Source: Octopus sinensis (taxonomy: Eukaryota). From it: a DNA stretch of 64,000 nt. This document shows positions 50,294 through 63,559 of this stretch, in pieces (the stretch's first letter is position 1; every line of letters starts with the position of its first letter). The stretch is taken from NCBI RefSeq assembly GCF_006345805.1, contig NC_043004.1:29574001-29638000 (forward strand), in the 5' to 3' direction. A program made the position numbers and the translations under genes. The notes beneath the pieces were generated by a model that saw only the letters and a list, made by a program, of their open reading frames with translations, had not been told where the DNA came from and did no database searches.

Positions 50294-52029
50294 AACACAT
50301 CATAAATCCGCTATTTTTGCTATATTCCACACAGCAGTAGACAGCTACAGACCTCTACTCTACCCTCATTAGCATAAGATGATGAGACACTGGAACTCTC
50401 TGATTTAAAAAGCCAGAAAATCAACCCATAATGAACAAGCAAATATACATCGAGCCTCCTTTTCGGCTACACTCAGCGAATGATGCCTGTTGATTGGTCC
50501 AGCACATCAGATGACCATGACTTCCCCCATCACAATGTAAACGTGATGGCCAAACTCACTCTTCCAATGGGATAATCGACCAGAAAATTAGGAAATTATG
50601 GCAAATAGAGATGAAGCAAGACAAAATATATGTAGAGGGAAGCTAATATGGGCTCATTAAGTAGCATGAACCAGAGAGTTCTAAGCTAATCATCAGAATC
50701 ATCCATAGATTGTTCCAAAACAGAGGCAGAAGCTGACATTTGTGTTTCTAATCTTTACAGGCAATTTTCTCAAAATGGGTACCTCTCAAAATTTCAAAGC
50801 TCTTTTCAGAAAATCTACTCTATAAATTTGCTTGAAATTTTGAGGAAACCTTCCTTATAATAGTAGCTTCAGAGGCCTTTTTTTGAAATTCTGCCTTGAA
50901 AAAATGTTATAATCACTTTTATAAAAAAAAATGTGATTTTTTCTAGTTTTTTTACTGTTCCAGCACACTAATGATGATAATTTTTTTTTCCCAAAATATC
51001 AAAAAACAAGCTTTTGTTACAATACAATGACTGGTTTTCTGATCCTAAAAACGTAAAAATCATCTTCAGGGCTATAGATACTGAAATCTCTTTTATCAGA
51101 ATAAATTTTCATTTTATTTCTTTAGTGTACAGAAAATTAGTATTAGTAATATATTAAGACTTCCCACCTTCTTTAAAAATGCCTTGATCCTGATAAAAAT
51201 GATCTTGTATTGAGGCCAGGCAATCTGTGTATAGTGTTCCTCAAAATTGCATGCACACACACACACACACACACATACCATCGTCATCATCATCATCATT
51301 CTCAACATCATTTTACATTCATTTTCTATGCTGGCATAAGTTGGATGGATCATCATAATCTGACATATTTCTTATCTAGAGTTACTGCCTGTGCAAACAA
51401 GCTAAAGGACCATGTTTTTGCACATTTTGCTAATTTTGGCATGGTTTCCATGGTTGGATACCATGTCCAACAGCCACAAAAGTACAATTTGTCATGGCAC
51501 CTACACTTGAAAGGCAGACATGCCTTTAAACAGATTGCAGGTGTTTCTCAATCTCTTGTTGTTTCTGGTCCTTAACCTCTTTACAGAGTATACTGAATGC
51601 ATTTTATTGTGGCACTAGTACTAATCCGGTCATCTTATGATTCACTAGACTAAAGAGTCATTGCTGCTTTATGATTTCACCATTCATTCATGCAACATAA
51701 CCAAAAAGGTGAATGGCAGAGAGTGGGGAACAAGAGTATAAGTTGGGAGCGACAAAGTGAAGGTCCAGCCAAAAGATATAAGAGAGGGTAAGAGAGGGAG
51801 GGTGACAGATTATTGACAGATATATGAGAGAGTATCAAAGAGTATGATGGGAGAAAGAGAGTGAGAGTTTGATGGATAGGAGAGAGGATAGTCAACAAAG
51901 AGATTAGTGATAAAAAGATGAAAAGGTATCAATGAGTAGACAGAAGGTCAACAGATATATGTTGAGCAATGGGACCAATTGTAGGTAGGAAGGAACAGCA
52001 TGTGGGGACTTCACAGTGAAAATATTTGG

Positions 52030-52432
52030 GTATCCCAGCTCTGATCACTATCATTTTAATATTTGGTATGCCATGCTTGCACAGGTAAGCAAGTTTTCTC
52101 AGATGCTATGTGTTGCCAGTTGCCATAATCCTTTATCATCTTCTTTGTGGGGCTCAGCATCGTGAGATCAGTCTTCACCACTTCATTGGGTATCTTCCTG
52201 AGTTTCTGTCTTCCACAAGTTACAACTTCTTTGAGTGCCCAGCACTTCTTTATATAACTGTCCTCCATATATACCACTATAGTGTTCTCTTTTCTCGCAT
52301 ACTACATCTGATACTTCTTATATCCAATTTTTTTTTCTCTCAACATATTTGTGCTTCATTGTTTATGTACACTGACATTACACATCCAGCTGACAAGTTA
52401 ACCTCATTTCTTTCTAAGGTTGTGCAATAGAC
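52030..52432 (-). mobile_element. RTE LINE 3' ORF remnant
   Basis: Homologous to 19720-20040 (WMCNVSVHKQ..., VYMEDSYIKKCW.L...TCGR). Confidence 0.8.
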
Positions 52433-52815
52433 AAAAGATTATGTGCTGTAAGAATCCATAAGAAATTACTGATTTCCAAAGACAAAACAGATATAGTATG
52501 GATATGTAGACGTCATGGTGAGAAAATAAAAAATTGTCATTATTAGCTGATGCAGACAAATTAAGTATAATAGAGCTCTTAAACAGAACATTCCTTCAGG
52601 AGTTAGGACTAAGGGTGTTAGAACATAACACAGAGAAATATGATTAACTGTAAAATTAGCTTGTTGTACTTTTGAACCTGAATGCAGTAGACTTCAGTCG
52701 ACCTATTTAGTAAGAAATTTTTACATATGCTATGGAGCAGAATAATGATGGCACATTTGTTTTTCATTATTTAGCCATAAAAAGCTATTTCTATGTAAAT
52801 TTGCAACTTTCCATG

Positions 52816-52846
<31 letters not shown>

Positions 52847-53499
52847 TGTCCTAAAACAAAAGGACTTTAATGTGCTTCAGGTACCACAGAGGAGGAGAAA
52901 GAAACAAACAGTAAATATACTTAGGATTACATGGAAAAATGCAGGCAAAACAAATAATTTTCTTAAGATTGTAAACCTGGAAAAGTACAGGACAAGTTAT
53001 TACATTTTCAGGACAAGTTATTACATCTGGTAAAGTACAGAACAAGAAAATTTTTACTTAAAATATTGTAACTAATGATAAAATTTCAAATAAAATATTT
53101 AGATTTAGAAAAAATAGCTTTTATTAAAACTAAAACTTTTATTACAAATTATTATTTATGTTTGCTATTACTTGTTACTTTTATTAAAAATTTTTTTAAA
53201 AATTCAACCAAAATATTTTTTGCACTTTAATTAGTACAATAATCAGTACAACAAATAAAATAATACAAAAATTAGTTATATATTAAAGTAAAAGCTACCA
53301 ATAACAACAAATTCTCAGTAAAATTTGCTTGGATTATTGCCAAGTTTTCACATTTTTAGTCTTGACCCAATGCCTATTTTTTTACATAATGAATTTTCCT
53401 ACCATATATACTATTCTACTTTGCATAAACCTTTAACTATATTGGTACTTCTGGTTCTCATTTTTTACATATTCTAGTGTGTCAATATTTTAGCAAAAT

Positions 53500-55260
53500 A
53501 ATGGTACCCCTCCAATGCACCATTCTCTGAGCTTTCTGGTGACTCTAGTCCAATCCCTCAGCATCATACACCTTCCCTCCTTCAAAGGAACCCATAACCT
53601 GTTTGACCTGGTCCTCATTTCTTTCCTGTCTCCCAGCCTGGCTCCTTTTCCAGCTCTCACCCACACTGTCGCACTTGCCCCTACTTTTCCAACACCACCA
53701 CTGGCACCCACCACCATCCCTATCGCATCACCAACTCTTTTACCTGCACCTCTAGTAATGTTGTTTACTGCATCTCCTGCTCTCTTTGTCCTTCCCTGTA
53801 CATTGGTCAAATGGGATGCCACTTGGCTGACCAGTTTGTGGAGCACCTCCGAGACATCAGACTTGACAATAACATCCTGGTCTCACACCACTTCTACTCT
53901 ACTGGTCATTTGCTACATCTGTCTGTGTTGAGACTGTCTCTGCACAGAGGCTACCTGGACTGCCACCTTCACTCAACTCACTACCTCTCTGTATCTGACA
54001 CCAACCCCACACATGTCCCACATTTAACTGCCCTCCCTCCACCAACACATCTGCATACAACCTACCTTGGTACCTTCACTATACACACACCACTATATAG
54101 ACACCTATATACACTGTCCAACTCATTACTCACTTCACACACTCTCACAAAGACCTTCCCACTCCAAGCACACAAGCACCAAACACTTCTCAGCACCTAC
54201 ACCACACACCATTATCCACACACAATCTTCAATAGTATAGCCACATATACCACTATACAAGCAACCCCACATACTGTTTAACTCAGCACACTCCTACACC
54301 CACACAAGTACACAATACCTGAACACAGACAATATATGGATGGAAGCACTCCGTCGGTTACGACGACGAGGGTTCCAGTTGATCCGATCAACAGAACAGC
54401 CTGCTCGTGAAATTAACGTGTAAGTGGCTGAGCACTCCACAGACATGTGTACCCTTAACGTAGTTCTCGGGGATATTCAGCGTGACACAGAGAGTGACAA
54501 GGCCGGCCCTTTGAAATACAGGTACAACAGAAACAAGAAGTAAGAGTGAGAGAAATTTGTGTTGAAAGAGTACAGCAGGGATCACCACCATCCCTGCCGG
54601 AGCCTCATGGAGCTTTAGGTGTTTTCGCTCAATAAACACTCACAACGCCCGGTCTGGGAATCGAAACCGCGATCCTACGACCGCGAGTCCGCTGCCCTAA
54701 CCACTGGGCCATTGCGCCTCCACAGACAATATATACACACACATACAACACGCATAGACACAGATAGCTTTCGTCCACAAGCATATACTATACACATGCA
54801 CACTATTTGGTCACAGACACACATACACACATTAGCCTCACACAAACACACCTCCATATACATACTCACACATATACTCACATCCATACGCATGCATATA
54901 CTTGCCCACACATACATACACACACACTTACTCCCGTTCACACATACACACACACACACACCATTCTCACATGCACTTGCACACCTTAGTTCGTTGGGTG
55001 GGGATCACCATTACCGTTATTATTATCTCCCTTTCATTCAGCCTCTTTTTCCAGTCATCTTGTCGTGTTGGACCATTGAACTCTTTTTTCTGTTTTTTTT
55101 TTTTCATTCTCTCTCCATATTTTTCCCTCTTAATCTTTTCTGTCGAAGAGTGTAGGCTCGAAAAGTAAGAGACTTCTCTATTCTTCCCTAGTGTTAAACT
55201 AATATACCTGCTTGTCTTTGTCTTTTGTTTTCTGTAAATTTGAACTATATATAAATATAC
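53500..55260 (+). mobile_element. Penelope-like element 3' part: GIY-YIG endonuclease remnant, CA-rich region, terminal repeat B
   Basis: FTCTSSNVVYCISCSLCPSLYIGQMGCHLADQFVEHLRDI is a GIY-YIG signature. 53920-53970 is homologous to 39990-40040. Repeat B with a hammerhead-like motif lies at 55136-55171. Confidence 0.88.
54338..54722 (-). mobile_element. Young full-length tRNA-headed SINE (family S3) with 14-bp TSD
   Basis: Head GGCGCAATGGCCCAGTGGTTAGGGCAGCGGACTCGCGGTCGTAGGATCGCGGTTTCGATTCCC with A and B boxes. TSD cacagacaatatat at 54324-54337 and 54721-54734. Confidence 0.92.
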
Positions 55261-55659
55261 ACACACACATACACACACACACACACACATATACATAAAC
55301 ATGCTCATATACATTTATATATATACATGAAACCTATGTATGTGATGGTAGTCCCTCACAGTTTGAGAAAGATGGTGTTCTGCAATTTCTTGCTGAACAA
55401 TCTGCACAAGTAATTTGTTTATAGGGATCAGATGCGTATGCTGTACATTAGCTCACCCTTGACATCAAATCAATGTTGTATGAACAGGTGCACAGTGTGC
55501 CATACATCAGGTGTCAAAGTGATCCCTGAGCAATGTGAGATAAAATGTTTTGCACAAGAACACAATGCACCACCTGATCCAAGTATTGAAACCAAAATCT
55601 TGTGATTGTGAGCACAACACTCTTACCACTTGGTCATGCTCCCTGAATGAAACATATAT

Positions 55660-56130
55660 ATATAAAATAAAATACAAAATGGGACAAGAACACAAAACAT
55701 CCGGATAACTAGGTGATACAAAAGGAGACAACAAAACATCCAGATAGACGATACAAAAAAACACGGATGGATCATTTAAAGCCTTTTATCTTCAGTCAAG
55801 AACCAGATCATCCTCGCAATTTCGGCTGATTAATCTTGAGATTGCTCCAATCTGGCCAGCCCCAAGGAAAAACTAAGCTAAGAGCATTAGATTCCTTGGA
55901 AAAAAGCAACAAATGTATACAAAACAAGGACGGAAAAACAGACAATGTTACATGAATATAAATACAAAATACAATAAAATAACAATAATAATAATAATAA
56001 CAGGACATAACAACAGGTGTCTTTCGACTGGAGATGAACTGAATTCAGCTGGCATGTATGGAAATTAAGCCGTATGGCTGACAGAAGAATATCAACATGG
56101 CAGTGACCACAGTCAAACGCAAAAGGGCTA
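55660..56130. repeat. Unclassified dispersed-type repeat, possibly another PLE terminal repeat
   Basis: Asymmetric A/C-rich sequence with partial hammerhead-like words (CTGAAGA and GAAA on minus) that do not assemble into a canonical motif. Confidence 0.35.
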
Positions 56131-56153
56131 GCAGTCGGCCAACGGTCACGTGA

Positions 56154-56184
<31 letters not shown>

Positions 56185-56214
56185 TCTCCTTAATTCCTTT
56201 GTTCCTCTTTTTCT

Positions 56215-56740
56215 CTCTCTTCTCTTCTCACGGCTGCTGGGTTCTGTGAAGCAAATGATCTTATGGTTTGTAATACTAACTTCAGGAAACCTGCCAGTCA
56301 CCTATTCACCTTCCGATCTGGTGCACACACTAGTCAAATTGACTACGTCCTCGCCAGGAAATGGGACAGATGGCTACTTATAAATGCCAAAACCTTCCCA
56401 GGTGAAGAATGCACTACACAACATAGGTTATTAGTTAGTGACTTCAGGATCAGGGCTAAATGGATGCTCAGAAGACAACCAACATGGAAAAGAAGAGTCT
56501 AGAAACTTAAAGATTCTGCAAATAGAGATTTAGAAATGTATTACTCGAAGTTTTGACGAAATAGAGGAGGATATATATAGCATCACATAATGTGGAAGAC
56601 AACTGGAGGTTTTTATGGGACAACCTGTTGAGAGCTACTGACCAGATCTGTGGCTTGTGCAAAGTCCCCTCTTGACCCATGGTAACGTGGTGGAGGAACA
56701 CTGTAGTTGACAGGGCCATTAGGGGAAAAAAACATGTTTT
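56215..56740 (+). mobile_element. RTE LINE remnant (APE endonuclease C-terminus and linker)
   Basis: CNTNFRKPASHLFTFRSGAHTSQIDYVLARK...FPGEECTTQHRLLVSDF. Confidence 0.92.
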
Positions 56741-57406
56741 ATGTTCAAACCACCCAGATCTGGCCTCTCACACTTACTGTACTATGTCACTCTAAAAATA
56801 AACAATCAGATCATTGAAATCTTGCTGCTATGAGACAATGCATGATTAATTTAAAATAGTGTGAATAAATATTACATTTGACAGAGTAATCTGTATGCTG
56901 AAGGGTTAAACCTTTTGATATCAAACCACTTAAGACTGCCCCTGGTTTTGTGACACAAACTTTATGCTATAAAGTGATCTAATTTAAACTTTCCATCAAA
57001 TTTTCATGTTAGTTTATATTTAATTTATATTCCAAACACCAGTATCTTAATAATGTGAAAGTTATTTTACTAAATTCCTCATTAATTTCAAAATTAACTG
57101 AAACCAAGGTAGTGTATTTCAAAAGAATTATGGTAACAAACAGGTTCAAGCATTAAATGAGAAATTTCTGTTCATATTTAACCATTTAGCATTTAAACCG
57201 GCCATATCCGGTCAAAAGTATTCTGCTTGTTTTATGTTCAAACTGGCCATATCTGATCTCTCTCACCAACCCTACAATATCATCTTAAAAATTAACAGCT
57301 TCCTCATCAAAATCTCATAACTACAAGATAATGCATGATTAGTTCAAAACAATGTGGATAAAAAAGCATTAATTTGGGCAGAATAAAGTGAACACTAAAG
57401 GGTTAA
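56737..57406. mobile_element. Cluster of three TTAA-type (piggyBac-like) MITEs
   Basis: TTAA|ccatttagc...ctaaaggg|TTAA at 57178-57406; a same-family partial copy ending gctgaaggg|TTAA at 56909; a second family accttttgatatc...ggtaacaaacaggtt at 56910-57146. Confidence 0.75.
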
Positions 57407-58965
57407 GTTTCTCAGCCTATAGACAGATATACATCATAGAATCTGTTCATTGTGATTATTTTGTTTTCATTTTCTAAATCTTCAGTTCAGACCAGACAGA
57501 GAAGTTTGCACCAACTGATATTCATTTATATATTCATATTCTTAAAATATGGTGTCTACATGCAAATATTATTTTTACCTGCACTATTGTTTTCTTTGCT
57601 CCTATCCTGCTTCTTGAATCTTCACTAACTCTAAATCCAATTATTACTCCTTTGCTTACTTCTTAGATTACAAGAGATTATCTTTGTTTATAAATAAGTT
57701 ATTAATATTAAGCTTTAACAACTGATTCACCAATAAAATCAAGTCATTAAACGGTTTGAGATATTTCTTTTCTACATACATTTTCAAAATAACATGATTT
57801 TGTTTTCTGTGAAGCTGTATTTATGTTTGTTTTATATACACCCACTTAAATTTATTAACAACCATCTTGAATTTAGCTAAACATATGGTAGATATAATTA
57901 GCCACTTGGGAGAGGAATGAGTTAACTGTTTCTCAGTAGAAGTTACACAACTAAAAATACCTGGTTGCTAACTGAATGTAAGCTCTTGGTCAACTTTTCC
58001 TTCTATTCTTCTTAGTAATAGCTTATGAATTGAAATACCTGTTTCTGTCCACCATGTATTATTGCACTAGTATAAACTGGCTTAACATGAATATTCTCAA
58101 TAATGGTTTATTGCCAAACCTTTCATTTTTGTATTGAAACTTCTCTCAAAAGTAATTATTTTATAGCATTTATATATTGATTATTGAGCATTCTATACAA
58201 TCTCTTAACATTAAACATATTTCAGTTAATGTGTTCTCTTTTTCTTTCCTCCAGTAAAATTTTCATCCTTTGGTGGTGGTGGTGGTGAAGGGGGATGATA
58301 AAAAAAACATGCCAATTCGCAACAGTGGATTAGCAAAACTCTTAAGTACGTCAGACTGGATGGCTTGCAGTATTTGTTCTGGCTCTTTAACTTCTGAGTT
58401 CAAATCCTGTTGTATGCTACTTTTATCACAGAATGAATCCGTTAGCTACTATAACACCACACCTGTTCCTTGGGTGCCTTTAATGGAATCAACTTTGTTG
58501 CAGCATTTTGACTAGATCTTCAGTTTGACAATAACCTTTCTCCCTTGCTTCTACTCATCAGAAGCTCTGTAAAGAGTCATGCGTACAGCCTACACTCCTA
58601 ACTAACACACACACATACACGCACACACAAAACATATCATATCTTTATAAATTACTTGAAGTCAATTAATATTTATTTTTAATTATTTGATTATTTTGTT
58701 TTGCAACCAGTAAACAATAGCATGGTATGTTACAGGTTTTCAATGTACTAATCTCTGAGTCACTGTTTCAGCTGATTAAAATGTCAAAGGAGTGTTTAAG
58801 TAGTTGCAGATCAAATATCACAAGGAACTTTGTTCCTGAAGTACTGAGCTTTTCATTTTTCACAAAGGTTTATATTCTTTGTCAATATAAACTAGCAAAA
58901 AATATACAAACATGTGATTAGAAATATACATGCACACACACACACACACACACACCACGTACATA

Positions 58966-59016
<51 letters not shown>

Positions 59017-59029
59017 GGGGTGGTTGATC

Positions 59030-59655
59030 TGAGAGTGTAGCTGTTAGAATAAGAATAGCCTGGGTAAAGTTCACAGAGCTCCTACCTCTGCAGGCAACTA
59101 AGGGCCTCTCACTTAGGATGAAAGGTAGACTGTATGATGCATGTGTGCAAACTGCCATGCTACATGGCAGTAAAACATGGACCATAACTGCTGGGGACTA
59201 GGCTTGAAATAAATGAAGCTAGTATGATCCACTGGATGTGTAATGTCAGTGTGCATACACTACAGTGTGAGCACCCTGAGTGAAAAGTTGGACATAAGAA
59301 GCATCAAATGTGGTGTGCAAAAGAGAGGACTGCGCTGTATGGTCATGTGTTACATATGGATGAGGACAGCTGTGTGAGGAAGTGCCACACCCTAACTGTG
59401 GAAGAGAGAGGATGAGGTAGTGAAGCATGACCTTCGAACATTGGGCCTCATGACGTAAAAAGCACCAACTGAACGTGGTCGATGCCAGGTCCGTCTGACT
59501 GGCTCCATTCACTCTCTGCGCTCGGTTAGACTCAGAAAGTTTGTGAGGAACCCATTGACCCAATTTGCTGACTTTTTGGTTGGTGACAAGAACAACCAGT
59601 TGTAGAAATTTTACCTCAACAAATTCTGTCTGACCCATGGAGGCATAGAAAAGTG
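59030..59655 (+). mobile_element. Internally deleted RTE 3' fragment fused to a short antisense mariner piece and tail
   Basis: RTE motifs (WMCNVSVH, RRGLRCMVMC, DEVVKHDLRTLGL), one tandem unit, minus-strand KVSKLGQWVPHKLSESNRAQRVN at ~59500-59575, then the tail. Confidence 0.75.
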
Positions 59656-60475
59656 AATGTTAAATGATGATTTTGTTGTGTCTAGGGATGATTATTATGG
59701 TGATAATATATATGACAAGCTTCTTTCAGTTTCCATCTACCTGATTCATTCACAAGGCTTTGGTTGACTTGGAGCTATAGTTAATACTTGCCCAAGATGC
59801 CAACCATACAGTAGAACTGAAACATGTATGTTATTCAGAACCAAACTTCTTTACCACACAGTCACAGAAAAACAGCATATTTCCGTATTGTAGCAATTTT
59901 AGCAATAGAAATAACTGAAATAGTTTATGGTATAGTACACAATAAAGAAGAACTACATTGGACAGTGTAGTCCCTGATATATAAAATAGGCATGATGGTC
60001 AAAACCAGAACACCATTGATCATGGGTCTATCAGGGTTGAACTGGATCCTATAAAATTACAAAAACAATTGATTCAACAGAATATTAGACTAAATTCCAT
60101 TTCTTTCCATATTTTGCCATTGCAGAAGAAAGCCAAAGAAAACATGGGAGGAGTATTGAGGTAAATTCTCAGAACGAGAGAGAGAGAAAAAAATGAGAGC
60201 TAATCTCTCTTTTCATATGAACATACTCCATTCTAAACTATCCAGATATGGTGTTAGTTTGACAACCCAAACATCTCAACAGCAAACATGTTAACAGATT
60301 TTTCAGAATTCTTTTTCTTTTTTCATTTTTTTATAACCAAGCATACTGAGATGAAATGTACATTTACACAATTACATTCTTATATCTGAGTGTGAGTAAA
60401 TGTGTGTGTGTACATATTAAATACACGCTTATACATATATACTTATGTGTGTGTGTGTGTGTGCATGTATATATA

Positions 60476-60522
<47 letters not shown>

Positions 60523-62918
60523 ATACTTACATTCATACATGTGTGTGTGTGTGTGTGTATAGAATTACTGGTGTGTTAACAGTGTTTCATCATTTTGCTA
60601 TTATGTACTGTAGAACATATCCATAGCTCTACTTTTTTCAGCCATCAATATGTGTTACGATCATTGTAAACAGTACATCAGTTGAGAATTGCTTCTAGTC
60701 ATCATAACATAATGTTAATTATAAATGCAACTTATAGATATGTTCTATAGTACATTATAGCAATATATATATGTAGCAATATATATATATATAGAGAGAG
60801 AGAGAGACACACACACACACACGCACGCACGCACGCGCGCGCGTGCGTGTGTGTGTGTATTACTCATTTCAGTCATTGGATTACAGCCATGCTAAGACAC
60901 TACTTTCAAGGAATTTTATGTTCAGCAGATTGCACCCAATACTTATGTTTTTTATGTCTAGTACCTACACTACCATCCTCTTTTGCTGAATCATTTGTTT
61001 ATAGAGACATAAACAAAGCAACACCAGTTGTTGAGTGGTGATGGTGGTGGTGACAACAAACTCAGACACAAAGACTCTCTCTGTCTCTCTCACACACACA
61101 CAGAACGGGCTACCAAATTCTGTCTACCAAACCCACTCACAAAGCCATTTGTTGGCCCAACACTATAATAGAAGACTTGCCCAAGGTGCCACTCAGTAGA
61201 ACTGAACTCAAACCCACATGGTTGCAAAGTAAGCTTCTTAAGTACACTGTTAGTGTGGGTCTGAAGTTCTCTTCCCAACCACATAGTTTTAGGTTTAGTC
61301 TCACTGTGCAGCATCTTGGGCAAGTGTTTACAGTAGGACTGGGTCAGTCCAAAGCCTTGTTAGAAGATTTCTTAGATGGAAACCAAAAATTGAGTGTATA
61401 CATTAGATAACATTCCTCCAATTCATGCAAGCATGGAAAATAGAGCATAAAACAAATGAACAAGCAAATAGTATATGCATACATAAATATAAAACATATA
61501 CACCCTCTACTAAAACCTCGTCATGTATTCTCATATACTCTCTATTGCATATAATAAACTCTCTATTAAAAGCTCATCTCAGAACAAAATATTTCATTAA
61601 TCCATGTACTAGGCAAGATATTCCCCATGGTTTGTTAGTAAATAGTTACTACTCAAAGATGTAGTCATGGCTGTGCAGTTAAGTTTACTTCCCAACCGTG
61701 TGGGTTCAGGTTCATTCCCATGATGCAACACCTGGGATAAATGTCTTTTACGATAGCTGCAAACTGACCAGAGCCATGTGAGTAAATTTGGTAGACAAAG
61801 CTGGAAGTTGCCCATCATGTGTGTGTGTGTCTGTCTGTCTGTGTCTGTGTGTGTGTCTGTGTCTGTGTATTTATATATGGTTAGTTAACATTACTCTGTA
61901 GGGAGCATAGGGCTGGTTTCATAATTTCCCTGGACAAGATGCCAATCCGTCACAAGATTACTCATTTTTACCAGCTAAGTTGACTGGAGCAACATGAAAT
62001 TAAGTGTTTTATTCAAGTACTCAGTGCATCGCCTGGCCCAGGAGTCAAAGCCATGGTCTTGCAGTCATGAATGAGTCCAACACCCTAACCACTATGCCTG
62101 CACCTCCACATATAATATATATTTCAGAGTGTGTGTGTATATACATACCCTTGACTCAACATCTTGTGATGGTTATAAAGAAGCATCACTCCTATCATAC
62201 AGGCAATGGTGTTTGTTTCCAGTCTTCTATGAAAAACATGTTTGGGCATGAGGAAATATTATCTTAATTGGAGAAAGGTGAGGGTTGACAACAGGAAGGA
62301 CATCCAGCTGTAGAAAATCTACCTCAGCAAATTCTGTGTGACTCAAGAAAACATGGAAAACTGTATGTTAAAAGGTTGATGAGGATGATGATATGTATGT
62401 ATGTGTATATATATATAATTTAAATATTAATCTAAATATATAAATGCATAGGTATGTATATATGTGTGTGTGTAGACAATTCATGACTCACTTGATAGTT
62501 ATATTAATTAGTATGCTTATAAGCACACAAATGTACAGTTAATGAATGCACTGTTTAGTTAAATTGGTTTTCCATTTCATGATCAACTGAGCTTCCTTTT
62601 GCAGCAACACAGGCTGCATTGTATTGAAGCATTTTGAAATGCTTTATGACACATGTCTACCAGGATTGTTTCACGTTCTTGGATAATAACTTGTTTAAAA
62701 TGTTCAAGAGACAAAATTTTATATTTCAGGAAGTATTGTTTGGCATAACTGTGTGTATTAGAGACAAGAAAATTCTTTCTCACTTTTTTTCTCTCTCTCT
62801 CACTCTCTTTCTCTCTGAAACATTTAAAATCATAAAAGGAATGCTGTCACCACTCACTGTCTCTTTCACTCTCTCTCGCTTTCTCTCTTAAACATTAAAA
62901 AAAAAAAAATGAACACCG

Positions 62919-63170
62919 TCACCTCTCACTGTGTTTCATGTCAATGTCCGGGGAAGAGAGACATTTAGGCCAGTTTTGTTTGAGGATCTCTTTCTCAATT
63001 TGTTTCCAGTTTGCCTTATGGAAGTTCAAGCTGAAAAGATTCTGAGAGTTTCTTGTAGGCTGCATGTCCATGGTTTCCTTTGGTCTATACATGGTCAGCT
63101 CTACCATGTTGTGATCCGAGAGTAGCATCGGTGTCACTTTCACATTATGGATGAGATCCATATTATTTGT
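62919..63170 (-). mobile_element. CR1/L2/Jockey-like LINE remnant (APE C-terminus)
   Basis: LLSDHNMVEL...LNFHKANWKQI...NW, the typical SDH...NFxKANW motif. Confidence 0.85.
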
Positions 63171-63202
63171 GAAGCAGAGATCCAGTATACATATATATAA
63201 TA

Positions 63203-63249
<47 letters not shown>

Positions 63250-63253
63250 TATA

Positions 63254-63284
<31 letters not shown>

Positions 63285-63339
63285 CTTTATTTAAAGCAGC
63301 AGAAAATTCAATTTGAATTTTCTGCTGCTTTAAATAAAG
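63285..63339. repeat. Perfect palindrome, 26-bp arms with a 3-nt spacer, in PLE-like repeat family C
   Basis: ctttatttaaagcagcagaaaattca-att-tgaattttctgctgctttaaataaag. Confidence 0.95.
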
Positions 63340-63410
63340 CATATTACTCTACCACTGGTATTTGAGTACTCTTTTTTCGACCTTGTTTCACACTTATGTG
63401 TTTACTACTC

Positions 63411-63465
<55 letters not shown>

Positions 63466-63559
63466 GCACACATATATATATATATATATATATATACCCA
63501 AATACATATATTTTATATTATATATATGCATATGTATATTAATCTAAATTAAATTAGAG

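Noticed and set aside
54645-54722. tRNA-like sequence
   Set aside because: It is the head of a SINE with body and TSD and has no proper acceptor stem, so it is not a tRNA gene.
55760-55870. Hammerhead words (GGCTG/CAGCC-GAAA and CTGAAGA) on minus
   Set aside because: The boxes could not be assembled into one motif in the correct order with pairing stems.
60126-60160. 35-nt exon-like segment with good acceptor and donor
   Set aside because: One frame reads RKPKKTWEE, the RTE C-terminal GRPRKTWxE motif, so it is more likely an old RTE relic.
33555-63547. Numerous ORFs of YIYI/HTHT/VCVC or poly-M/H type in the ORF track
   Set aside because: They are translations of (TA)n, (CA)n and (ATG)n microsatellites and SINE tails.
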